Source: Candidatus Bathyarchaeota archaeon (lineage in GTDB: Archaea > Thermoproteota > Bathyarchaeia > Bathyarchaeales > Bathycorpusculaceae). Taken from it: a stretch of 64,000 nucleotides of DNA. Made by a program: the position numbers and the translations under genes. The notes beneath the pieces were generated by a model. That model saw only the letters and a list, made by a program, of their open reading frames with translations, did not search any database and was not told the origin of the DNA. The stretch covers positions 288,001-352,000 of the forward strand of contig CAWEPZ010000009.1 in assembly GCA_963811105.1 (NCBI GenBank), given 5' to 3'. This document shows positions 1 to 9,348 of this stretch, one piece after another. Position 1 is the first letter of the stretch. Every line of letters begins with the position of its first letter.

Positions 1-2
1 AG

Positions 3-193
3 ATCATCAACATGGAAACTTCAAATTGGAATCCATCAGAGATAGCACTATACTAACTCTAACATGGTACCGAGAAGGCAGCTTACTCCCTGAAGGTTCA
101 GTTATCCCTGCAAAACTAACACTTGCTGCAGCTGCAGAGATTGGAAAAGTAACCAGCTATGATTTTGACATTACCGTTAAGGGCTCAACTTAA
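3..193 (+). pseudogene. 3' end of a small secreted beta-sandwich protein gene with an apparent frameshift near 45-54 (5' end outside window)
   Basis: Frame 3 reads IINMETSNWNPSEIALY* and frame 2 continues LTLTWYREGSLLPEGSVIPAKLTL...YDFDITVKGST* (stop 191-193); joined, they read as one beta-rich C-terminus. Confidence 0.5.
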
Positions 194-328
194 TCCCCAA
201 GAAATAGGGGCTTCCCCAAATCAATTTTTCATATTCGATGAACCCTTTAAGCAAAACTTTTGATCGCGAGTTTTTTTCAGTTAAGAACTCTTCCTGAGCT
301 TTTCGAACGCAAATTTGGCGTTTGAGCG

Positions 329-1153
329 TTGACTTTAATAGGTTCTTTGGATATTTGCGTGTGGCTGAGAGGTTTTCGTACGTTTGCGATCGGTCATTTT
401 GCCTTAGGCTACATACTCGGGAAAGGATCATCAAAGCTTGCCAAGGTTAAAGTGAATTTGCCTCTTTTGTTTGCGGCTTCAGTTCTGCCAGATGTTGATT
501 TGTTACTGCTGTTCCTGATGCACCGAGGTCCAACACATTCATTGCTAACAATGTCGGTCTTGATGATTCCGTTTTTTATTATATATGGCAAAAAAGCTAT
601 TCCATATTTTGCAGCTTTACTTTCACACGTTTTAATAGGCGACTTCTTCACAGGAGGAGTCCAGCTTTTCTGGCCACTTTCTCACACTGAGTTTGGAATA
701 CTAAACCTTCAGGTATCAAGCTTAACTAGCGTGATTACGGAACTTGTGCTTTTCTTAATAACAATACCAATTATGTACAAGCTCGGCGATTTGCAAAATT
801 TCCAAAAGCCATACAACAAGAATTGGGCTCTAATAATCCCATTAGGTGCGGTTATTGGGCCCTTGATCTCGGCTGGTCGAGGAGAAGAAAATTCTCTTCC
901 AAGTATCCTGATAGTTCCCAGCTTGTTCTATATTGGTCTCTTCACTTACTCCATGTTTATTTGGCTCAGAGCTAGACATAATTATAACAAAGAAAAACTA
1001 CAAACTAACAAACTCAGGTCCGAGAATGTTGAACCGACGATGTGGAGAATATCCACTGCATTATTTAGGAAGTTCATATTGTCCTCGGCACACGGAAAGA
1101 CGAAAGAAGCAACAATTTCTACTCAAATATTAGATCAAAACGCACCGACATAA
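329..1153 (+). CDS. Membrane-bound metal-dependent hydrolase (YbcI/YdjM-like); true start probably near 380
   Basis: GHFALGY, LPDVD, HRGPTHSL and SH..GDFF..G..LFWP motifs; several TM helices. Confidence 0.85.
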   Translation: MTLIGSLDICVWLRGFRTFAIGHFALGYILGKGSSKLAKVKVNLPLLFAASVLPDVDLLLLFLMHRGPTHSLLTMSVLMIPFFIIYGKKAIPYFAALLSHVLIGDFFTGGVQLFWPLSHTEFGILNLQVSSLTSVITELVLFLITIPIMYKLGDLQNFQKPYNKNWALIIPLGAVIGPLISAGRGEENSLPSILIVPSLFYIGLFTYSMFIWLRARHNYNKEKLQTNKLRSENVEPTMWRISTALFRKFILSSAHGKTKEATISTQILDQNAPT

Positions 1154-1220
1154 TTTCGGATATTTTTGTTAGAACGATTGTACCCAAATTATGTTGCTAT
1201 TTTAAGAAAAGTGCTAATTT

Positions 1221-1401
1221 TTGGAAAACAAAAAAAGCGACAAATACGTTTGTAAAGATTATGGGTTAGTGATCTTTGGTTGAGGAACCGTGCGGATGCT
1301 AACAATTCGAAATAGTCCTCTTCGGCGAACCAATGAAACCAGAAAGAGAGCAAAAGGCAAAACCGAAAGCCACCCCTAAATCAAGCCCAAAAACCAAGTA
1401 G
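1221..1401 (+). pseudogene. Decayed desulforedoxin-like small metal-binding protein with Lys/Pro-rich tail
   Basis: MENKKSDKYVCKDYGLVI/[frameshift]VEEPCGC*QFEIVLFGEPMKPEREQKAKPKATPK...; follows the YxCxxCGxxVxV...CCGxPM pattern with Cys losses, one stop and one frameshift. Confidence 0.6.
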
Positions 1402-1489
1402 ATAGTCCTTAGACATTCTTCACCCCTCTCTTATTGTGCTTGCATTCTTTTCAAGAACAGAATTACGAGAGAAAAGAAAATGGAGGAAA

Positions 1490-2458
1490 TCACGTTGCAA
1501 GCATTTCCGCTACTTTCAGCATACGCAAATCTATTGTTTTCTTTCCATTGGCTGCCTTATCAAGCTCATAACCCACAATCTTACCGCTCTGCAATCCAAC
1601 TGCCATGTTGTCCCTGTCATCGCAAATTAATTCGACCGCTTTCTCAGCGAATAAGCTCGCTAGCAACCTGCTGCGTGCTGTGGGGCTTCCGCCCCGCTGT
1701 GCATATCCAAGAATAGAAAGTCTAACTTCGGATTTTGTCTGCTGCTGCATTTCTAGAGCTAGTTTGCTCGTGCTACCACAGCCTTCTGCCGCAACAATTA
1801 TTCCCGCTTTTTTACCTTTTTTTGCGTTTTCATCCATTAGTCGTACGATGTCTTTCAAATCCATGGGCTTCTCAGGAATCAAAATCACTTCCGCTCCAAC
1901 ACATATGCCTACTTCCAAAGCTAAGAACCCCCTTTTTCGCCCCATTACTTCCACAATGAATATTCTTTCATGAGAAATTGCTGTATCTCTAATCTTGTCA
2001 ATGGTGTCGACAGCTGTGTTTACAGCGGTGTCGAACCCGATTGTTTCATCTGTTCCGTAAACATCATTGTCAATTGTGGCGGGTACTCCAGCCATTAATG
2101 TATCACTTTCCCTGCTTAGGTCTATAGCACCTCTGAATGAGCCATCGCCTCCGATAACCACCAATGCATCTACATTGTTTATGGATAATGTTTCGGTTGC
2201 TTTTTCGACGCTGCCTTCTTCTTCAAAGCTCGGGCATCGCTGTGTGTGAAGTATAGTGCCGCCTAACTGGACTATCCCGCCAACATTGCGCGGAGTTAAC
2301 CTTCTAAATGAATTAGTTAATAATCCATCCCACCCTCTTTGGAACCCAAAGACTTGAAAACCCTTTGCGTAACCCACACGGGTTACTGCTCGAATGGCAG
2401 CGTTCATACCTGGAGCATCTCCGCCTGAAGTCACGATACCAATAGTTTTCGTCATCAA
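1490..2458 (-). CDS. pfkA: 6-phosphofructokinase (PfkA family, ATP-type signature)
   Basis: TSGGDAPGMNA, GGTIL, GGDGS, PATIDND, VEVMGR and QRGG motifs. Confidence 0.95.
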   Translation of the reverse strand: MMTKTIGIVTSGGDAPGMNAAIRAVTRVGYAKGFQVFGFQRGWDGLLTNSFRRLTPRNVGGIVQLGGTILHTQRCPSFEEEGSVEKATETLSINNVDALVVIGGDGSFRGAIDLSRESDTLMAGVPATIDNDVYGTDETIGFDTAVNTAVDTIDKIRDTAISHERIFIVEVMGRKRGFLALEVGICVGAEVILIPEKPMDLKDIVRLMDENAKKGKKAGIIVAAEGCGSTSKLALEMQQQTKSEVRLSILGYAQRGGSPTARSRLLASLFAEKAVELICDDRDNMAVGLQSGKIVGYELDKAANGKKTIDLRMLKVAEMLAT

Positions 2459-2612
2459 ATATGCCCCTTATCTCTGAGGAGCGAAGCAATTTTTAGCATA
2501 AAAATCTATCTAAACAGTCTTACCATGAGATTAAAATGTTTAGTATGAACAGACAAAGAGGAAACACTGCCAAAAAACATAAATTGCTTGGTCTAATCTT
2601 TATGGACTTTGT

Positions 2613-2766
2613 CGGGAGGTAGCTCAGCCTGGCAGAGCTCTCGAATCGGCTAACATGCTTAGCTGGTGGAGAAGCTGTAGAGGTCTACCCATGGTGGGCT
2701 TCATTCTAGCCTGTCTAGGCCACAGATACCGAGCCGTCGCAGGTTCAAATCCTGCTCTCCCGACCA
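2613..2766 (+). tRNA. tRNA-Tyr(GTA) with two introns (30/31: 2644-2673; 37/38: 2681-2727) and encoded CCA
   Basis: Acceptor stem CGGGAGG/TCTCCCG with C1-G72 and A73; D arm GCTC/GAGC; anticodon stem CTCGG/CCGAG after splicing; loop CT-GTA-GA; T arm GCAGG-TTCAAAT-CCTGC; both introns form BHB motifs. Confidence 0.92.
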
Positions 2767-2978
2767 TCTTAAACTTTAAAAACGCTCATCTTGAACAGGT
2801 TTTAGCTTTTTAGATCTTATGAATGCTATGCCAAAGGGATAAGACTCAGAATATTGCTTTTTAGTTGCTGTGCAAAGCTTCTCTTAAATAAAATATCTTC
2901 CTATCTTTAGTTCCAGGCTTCCCTGATTCTTTAGGCAATTCTAAAACAAGTCGAGTGGTGACTCTTCACGAAAAGTGA

Positions 2979-3692
2979 TCAGATTCCTTTGTTTCCGTAT
3001 TGGTTTTTATGTGTGAAGTCTTCAATGTCTCGTCGTACCCTGAGGTATTTGCTGGCACCATGCGGATATCCTAAGCGGCAAGTGTAAGCGATTTTCATGT
3101 ATTCTGGAACGCCAAGAAGCTTCTTTATCTCTGTTTCGACAGGCGGGGCAGAGAAAGCGCTTAGGACATGTAAACTAATGCCTAAGGACTGCGCCAAAAG
3201 CCACATGTTCTCCAATAGGCAACCTAAGCTTATGAAGCCTAAAACATCTCCATGGGAAGCAGGAGCCCTCTTCCTGGAATCATAAACGACAATTAGGAGT
3301 GTTGGGCTTCCTCGGATGGACTGGGTTAGTGGCATAGGTTCGGATTTCTCGGCGGCTTGAGCTATTTTCTTTGGGTCAACCCAATTGGGCGGAAACGTTG
3401 TACCCAGAATTCCTGTTTTCTTTTTGAAAAGTTCCTCTTTTGAGAAGGAAAGTTGCTCGTAATTCTCTCGTAGGAATTCTTCGGATATGCATGATTTGAT
3501 GTTTCCTATCCTTTCTAAAACTGCTCCGTCATCCACGACGATTATGTCGAAGTTTTGCATGTTATGTGCAGTTGGAGTCCATCTTGCAGCTTCTAAAATC
3601 CTCGACAAGTTCTCTTTTGATATTGGCTTGTTGGGGTTAAAGGGTACTCGTGAGGATTGTCGTTCTTCAATAATCTTTAGGATTTCACTCAT
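2979..3692 (-). CDS. Nitroreductase family protein
   Basis: RQSSR...ILEAARWTPTAHNMQNF; ENMWLLAQSLGI; C-terminal LGYP. Confidence 0.9.
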   Translation of the reverse strand: MSEILKIIEERQSSRVPFNPNKPISKENLSRILEAARWTPTAHNMQNFDIIVVDDGAVLERIGNIKSCISEEFLRENYEQLSFSKEELFKKKTGILGTTFPPNWVDPKKIAQAAEKSEPMPLTQSIRGSPTLLIVVYDSRKRAPASHGDVLGFISLGCLLENMWLLAQSLGISLHVLSAFSAPPVETEIKKLLGVPEYMKIAYTCRLGYPHGASKYLRVRRDIEDFTHKNQYGNKGI

Positions 3693-3755
3693 GTTTAAGC
3701 CTCACTCAACTTTAAGACTGCTCGGAAATGAACCTTTGCCACCATGATAGGGAAG

Positions 3756-3947
3756 TTACTTCTTTTTGGTGTGTAACAAAACCAGACTTGCGACAATAGC
3801 TACAATGAATAGGAAAACCGAAGCAACAAAAGGACCCCCAATCCCAGCCACATAAGTTGTTCCAGCCCAAAAAAGCCCAACCGAAACAACAATAACAAAA
3901 ATCCATATAAAAGAAATAATCAAATTTACGCTTTCCACTATGTGCAC
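3756..3947 (-). CDS. Small two-TM membrane protein
   Basis: Two hydrophobic helices and a basic C-terminus; lies directly upstream of the nitroreductase. Confidence 0.6.
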   Translation of the reverse strand: MHIVESVNLIISFIWIFVIVVSVGLFWAGTTYVAGIGGPFVASVFLFIVAIVASLVLLHTKKK

Positions 3948-4759
3948 CTTAATATGCTTTTTTAAGTCTGGTTGGATTTTAACATTCTGGTCTTAGCCAA
4001 TGAAATGCGTTTTCCCGCAAAATATAGAAATAAAAAAAAGACTGCTACCAAAAAAATACATGAAAAAACAGGCGTTGACTTTTGGTCACTAATTATTTGG
4101 TTTTTTTGCAGCAATTGAGAAGTAACTAAAACTTGAAATGAAACATCCAATCAGAAGACAGAGTTAATTGTATGCTTTCATCCCAAAAAAAAATTCTCGA
4201 CACCTAAGACAAGCATACCCAAAAACATCAGCAAGATTCAAGCTTTCGTATACTTTGACATATTTCTTAGGCTAACCATACCTAATGAGCACATGATTAA
4301 TCATATTATTTTTATATGTTCTAAGGAATAGGCGGTTCATTAAATGTTTTAATTAGAATTCGTTTGATAACTATCTTTATTCGTTTTCGGAGAACTATTA
4401 TTAATTTCATTTATTGAATTTGCTGTCACAATTTTTTTTCTCGCATATTACTTGCAATTGAGCGGCACTCCTGTGAATCAACAATTAACGCTCTCACATT
4501 GTTTGTCTATACTACTACACAGTATTTGTTCATACTCTTTTTGGTTTCATAAAGAAACTTTTTTGCGATTTTAAAGAAAGCATATATCAAGTAAGAATCA
4601 AGTGATTCCTAATGTTTTTGATGCTCTTGACATAGGATGTTGCTACGGTACCACAAAAAAGTAAGAGTTGTTCTGTGTGTTGTAGTGTAGTAGCAGTCAC
4701 AAGAGTTTTTAAACAAAACAAATCATAACAAGCAAGTAAGCTATAAGGAGAATAAGAAA

Positions 4760-5548
4760 ATGCATAAAAAATCAACTATTTTTGTTTCGAGCTTGTTTAT
4801 TGCAATGCTATTACTTTCAACGTCAGCTCTTGTTTTTTCAAGCGTCCAAGCACAAGGAAACGCCACAGTCATAGTTACAGACGTAACCGGCGGCACAACA
4901 GATAATCCAGGAACTAGCACCTATGCCGATGGAACCTCTTTTACAATAACCGCCACACCAACTGATCAATATGCTTTCGTAGATTGGATAGTATCGACTG
5001 ATTCAGGCTCAACCAACTATTTTGACAACCCATTAACAATAACGCTAACTGGCGGAACGACCTACACAATACAACCAGACTTCCAGATAGCACTTGCTCC
5101 TCCAGGCGGAAATCTTCCACCCCCCAATACTAATGCAGCTATCGTCGTAGTCTTAGCAGCAGCAGGAGGAACATCAACACCTGCACCTGGCACATACGCA
5201 CTAGCCGACGCAACAAATATGAAGATAACGGCAACAGCAAACAGCGGCTGGCAATTCTCACACTGGACAATCTCCGGTGCACCGACAACACATGGAGGCT
5301 ACCCAGTAGACTTCACTCCAACAGACAACCCATACACAGTTGGCCACGGATACGGATACACATACTACTATCAACCAGTGTTCGATCAAGTTGGAAGCCC
5401 AGGTTCATCATCATCGGCGTCACCTTCATCTTCACCTGCAGGCATGGGCGGATTATCAACTGAAACATGGATCATCATTGCATTAGTCATCGTACTCATT
5501 GTAATGGCAATTGGCTTTGCGGCATATACGATGAGAAGTAAAAAATAG
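4760..5548 (+). CDS. Cell-surface protein with two InlB B-repeat-like domains and a C-terminal TM anchor
   Basis: Signal peptide; two GGT..P.PG..TY...T..ITAT....F..W repeats; Ser-rich linker; TM helix followed by RSKK. Confidence 0.8.
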   Translation: MHKKSTIFVSSLFIAMLLLSTSALVFSSVQAQGNATVIVTDVTGGTTDNPGTSTYADGTSFTITATPTDQYAFVDWIVSTDSGSTNYFDNPLTITLTGGTTYTIQPDFQIALAPPGGNLPPPNTNAAIVVVLAAAGGTSTPAPGTYALADATNMKITATANSGWQFSHWTISGAPTTHGGYPVDFTPTDNPYTVGHGYGYTYYYQPVFDQVGSPGSSSSASPSSSPAGMGGLSTETWIIIALVIVLIVMAIGFAAYTMRSKK

Positions 5549-5920
5549 ACTTCCCCTCTTTTTTCTTTTTAATAATACGCAATAATATACTTCCTTAGAC
5601 TTTAGCATTCCGAAATGAGTTATTGATATCTAAAAAACTGAAACAATGTTTGGTGATCTAGCAAATAAAAAAAAGGAATTACTACTGAGTTTGTTGTTTT
5701 AGGAATAAGTTTCTTCTAAGAGTGAAAAATGAAGTTCGAAATATTGCAGGGAAAATAGTTATCCGTTTTGGGCAAATGCTTGCTCATTAACCGGAAAAAA
5801 TCCGCCTTTGACTTCTATTTACCCAATGCTGCGTTCTCTCGTACATGTTATATAATGCAATTTCTATTTCATTGGATTTTGGAGTTTGTAAAATTATTTA
5901 TATACTAAAAAAAGAAAAGA

Positions 5921-6128
5921 AAGTTGGTCGGTGAGAAACTGAGAAAAGTTCTTGGATAAGCAGTCGCAGTAGGAGTTAAGCCTTAAGTGAATGGTCCACC
6001 TGGTCTACTGTGTTGATGACAGTGTGAAGTGACCGTTGTTTTTTGTGTTAAAACTATCACTGAAGATATTATGAAGACGATTGCAATTAGAGTTGCCAAA
6101 GTCTTATCATAAAGTTTTTTCTTTGCAT
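5921..6128 (-). pseudogene. 5' relic of a PQQ-like beta-propeller surface protein gene
   Basis: KKLYDKTLATLIAIVFIISSVIVL...GGPFT*GLTPTATAYPRTFLSFSP matches the N-termini of the paralogs at 37381, 40205 and 48394 (GPLPSGVTPNATVPTKAFLSFRPNP). Confidence 0.7.
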
Positions 6129-6263
6129 TTTCGCCTTAGTCTACTTTTGGAGACAAAATAATTGTTCCCAATGCGCTGCAGGTTAGTTTGAATTGCAATT
6201 ATAAAGAGGTGAGAACTTAACCTCGATGATATCATTCCAGTTGCTGAGCAATTTGAAGATGTG

Positions 6264-6749
6264 TTAAAGGTGCATTAACACGACTTCTCCAGGAGCAAAC
6301 CAAATATCCCTATAAAACTCAAACAGGCGCCAACCGAAAAGCCGCTATAATCCCAAGAAGTCTATTCTCTCAAAGCCTGCTTTACTCAGGGTCCCCAACG
6401 CTGCTTTGTTTCTTCTGTGCGTAGAAGCAAAAATCACATGGGAATCATCGTTTTTTAGACAATTTATGCTTGCATTTGTTAAGCTAATAGCGATACCTCG
6501 ACTTCGGTATGCAGGATGAACCGCAATCCACAATATGCAGCTGTACTTTTTTCCTCCAATATGAAAGTCAACAAGTTTAGCGAAGCCAACAACCTTTCCT
6601 GCTGTCTCACTCACAAGCACTATTCCTTCTTCACTTATGCTTTGAGCTGCGAAGAAACGGTATAACATTGGAAAAGACAGGTCTATAATTTGATTTACTT
6701 GGTTTTCGTCATTAATTGTCATTTGCCTTGTAATTAAGTCGGAGTTCAA
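6264..6749 (-). pseudogene. GNAT acetyltransferase with an apparent premature TAG at 6345-6347
   Basis: IAVHPAYRSRGIA acetyl-CoA motif; the frame continues 26 codons past TAG (RLFGWRLFEFYRDIWFAPGEVVLMHL*). Confidence 0.6.
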
Positions 6750-6819
6750 AGAAGCGGCTCCTATGTTAAATGAAAATGTGTAGATTGTTTATTAAACGGC
6801 TAAGGCAAAATAACGATTG

Positions 6820-7974
6820 CTATATTGGAATGGGCGGTGGAACTCTGGGTGGTGCTTCAGGTTTCTTATTACTGGAAAAGATTAGGCTTGTAGATTTGAC
6901 AATTTGGGGCACGCCTGCAAGGTCTTCAAATATTAGTAAACCGCGAGCCAGCAAAGCGAATACGCCTGCTATCGGAGCAGCAACTCCAAGAAGCCCAAAG
7001 ATTCCAACAATACCGAATTCTTGAACGCCTATGCCAGCTGGAGTTATCGGGACGAAGGCTAAGGCAGTTACCAAGGGGTGAATTAAGAAGTATGCAATCC
7101 AAGGTATCTGTGTGATTCCTAAAGCATAGCCTAAAAAGTACCATTCAAAACCTTTTATGATCCAGCATGCAAGGGTTAAGGTAACTATTTCTGGAATCGC
7201 TTTACTCGTGCTGTTTGCACTTAGTTTGTATTCTTCAAGTTTTCCCATTAATCCGCCGGTGAATCTTTTGAGGTACCGTGAGTTTGCAATTCGGTCAAAT
7301 ATTGAGATAGCTCGTTTGGACCATGTGAAAGCTGCAAGAATAATAGCTCCAGTCATCATTAAGATTATGCCGAGTATCGCAATTATTAATCCAATGTTTA
7401 CTCCTGCTATTTGAGTTGGAAATATAGTATTCCATGTTTGGGTGGGAACGAACTTTACTAAGAAAATTACTGCGCCTACTCCGCCGATTACTTTGATTAG
7501 AAATTCAAATGTTTGAATGCCAAGGATGCTTGAGAGACTCTTTGATGTTGGCACATCTTGATCCCTTAAGTAAACTGGTGTGAGAATGTAGCCTGAACGC
7601 CCTGGTGTCACGTCGCTGGTTAGCATGCCAGCATACTGGGCAAGCAATGTTTTACCAAATGAGGTTTTTACTCCGTTTTTACTAAGCACACGTCTTAGCC
7701 GTACGGCGAAAAGAACGTTTATTCCAAAGTACATCAGAAAGGCAAGGAGCAGATATTCAATTTTAATTGTAAGAATTGTGGTGTAGATATAGTCTACTCC
7801 TTTTAGAATTGTGGCTTCTCCAGGTTTAAAGTCCACTGGAACAGTTGTTCCAATATAATATAGTAGCCCGGCTAAAATCGCCACCATGAAGATTACTTCA
7901 AGGGTAATCTTTAGGATTTGCCTATAACGAGGTGCTTTCTGTTTCTGTTTGCTTGGACTATCTGCTGAAGTCAA
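6820..7974 (-). CDS. Lysylphosphatidylglycerol synthase TM-domain (flippase-like, UPF0104) protein
   Basis: Multi-TM; SDVTPGRSG and PITPAGIGVQE motifs. Confidence 0.85.
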   Translation of the reverse strand: MTSADSPSKQKQKAPRYRQILKITLEVIFMVAILAGLLYYIGTTVPVDFKPGEATILKGVDYIYTTILTIKIEYLLLAFLMYFGINVLFAVRLRRVLSKNGVKTSFGKTLLAQYAGMLTSDVTPGRSGYILTPVYLRDQDVPTSKSLSSILGIQTFEFLIKVIGGVGAVIFLVKFVPTQTWNTIFPTQIAGVNIGLIIAILGIILMMTGAIILAAFTWSKRAISIFDRIANSRYLKRFTGGLMGKLEEYKLSANSTSKAIPEIVTLTLACWIIKGFEWYFLGYALGITQIPWIAYFLIHPLVTALAFVPITPAGIGVQEFGIVGIFGLLGVAAPIAGVFALLARGLLIFEDLAGVPQIVKSTSLIFSSNKKPEAPPRVPPPIPI

Positions 7975-8063
7975 GGTGCTTCAACCATATGTTTTGACGG
8001 TTAAATCTCTTACGGAAGTTTGCATGTAATCCTAAAAATATTTTGGTGACATATTTAATGGCT

Positions 8064-8246
8064 TTATGGTCTTACGCATTCGGCTTTTGGTTTATACGAA
8101 CGCTTCGTTGTTCTTCTCCGCTCATGCAGCTTACATTCACTGACTCGAGTAAGCATCCAGGCTTTATCTTGGTAAATGCACCCACATGGCAACTTAACTG
8201 TTTTTTGCTCTGTAGCTTTTTCAACGGTCTTTTTGGTTTCAGCCAT
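8064..8246 (-). CDS. Small basic protein with putative Zn ligands (LPCGC...CKLH)
   Basis: ATG at 8246, Lys/Arg-rich, CxC and CxxH motifs. Confidence 0.5.
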   Translation of the reverse strand: MAETKKTVEKATEQKTVKLPCGCIYQDKAWMLTRVSECKLHERRRTTKRSYKPKAECVRP

Positions 8247-8671
8247 TTTTTTGCCAGCCAATAATATGAAGTAGGGAACAATTAGTAATTAACTTAACCT
8301 AAAAATTAACAAAAAACAGTAGATAGATTTTCCCATAGTTTGCAAGCTACTGTAGAGAGATTAGTTATGCCTATTTTGTTGTGGTTGCAAAAGTCCGTTC
8401 TGACATCAAAGTTGCCCAAGCCTCGATTGCTCCATAGTTTTTGCAACTGCTACATAGGCATTCAAAGAAAAACAGCAAAACAAGAACCAAATTACACAAG
8501 CCAAAAAGCTACTTTGGAAGTGAGTTTAACTTTATTCTCCTTCCAACAATTAATGTAGCTTCTCCAACTAAAATGAAGAATCGAGTAAACGAAAAAAAGG
8601 ATAAGCGAAACACTTAAGTGCAAAGAGCTTGTAGTTTTGTTTTAGAAATTACGAATAGGATGTAGAATCAA

Positions 8672-9235
8672 TTGGCTGTTGAAGGTTTTTTCGAAAACAA
8701 AAAGACACCAGTAGAAGCAAAAGTCGGAGACTTAACCCCACAATCTAAAGCGGTTAACGTTACGGCCAAAGTAGTATCCAAAACAGAAGTTCGAGAAATC
8801 CCAATGGGTCGAGATGGGTCTGCACACAAAGTAAGTGATGCGCTCGTCGGAGACGAAACAGGAGTAGTTTACCTGACACTTTGGGACGATAATATCGAAA
8901 AAGTAAACGAGGGAGACACCGTCCGCGTAGAAAACGGCTACGTAACTCTATTCAAAGGCAACATACGACTAAACATCGGCAAATATGGCAAGCTTGAACC
9001 AGCAAAAGAACCACTCGCGGTAGAAGTAAATACAGAAAATAATGTATCCAGTAAAGCATACGAACAAGAAAGAAGACCTTTCAGAGGCGGAAGAGGCGGC
9101 GGAGGATACGGCGGCGGAAGAGATAGACGTGGCGGCGGAGGATACGGCGGCGGCGGAGGCGGTTACGGTGGCGGTCGAGATAGAGATCGTCGCGGTGGCG
9201 GCGGAAGCGGCGGCGGTTATAGACCAAGATACTAA
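8672..9235 (+). CDS. ssb: Single-stranded DNA-binding protein (crenarchaeal-type single OB fold) with Gly/Arg/Tyr-rich tail
   Basis: VNVTAKVV...VGDETG...LTLWD..GDTVRVENGY...LNIGKYG OB fold; RGG/YGG tail. Confidence 0.9.
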   Translation: MAVEGFFENKKTPVEAKVGDLTPQSKAVNVTAKVVSKTEVREIPMGRDGSAHKVSDALVGDETGVVYLTLWDDNIEKVNEGDTVRVENGYVTLFKGNIRLNIGKYGKLEPAKEPLAVEVNTENNVSSKAYEQERRPFRGGRGGGGYGGGRDRRGGGGYGGGGGGYGGGRDRDRRGGGGSGGGYRPRY

Positions 9236-9348
9236 GCTTCAAGCTTTGAAATAAGATCAATTTTCTTTTTTTGCTTTTTTCAATTTTAAGTTAAAGTTAT
9301 GCATGCCTTCTTGGAAACGCTTAAAACAGTCAGTTGATACTGTAGCGC

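Noticed and set aside
2611-2766. tRNA-Sec, tRNA-Met or tRNA-Pro interpretation
   Set aside because: The double-BHB parse gives a canonical cloverleaf with a GTA anticodon and C1-G72; the extra pairing beyond the acceptor stem is incidental.
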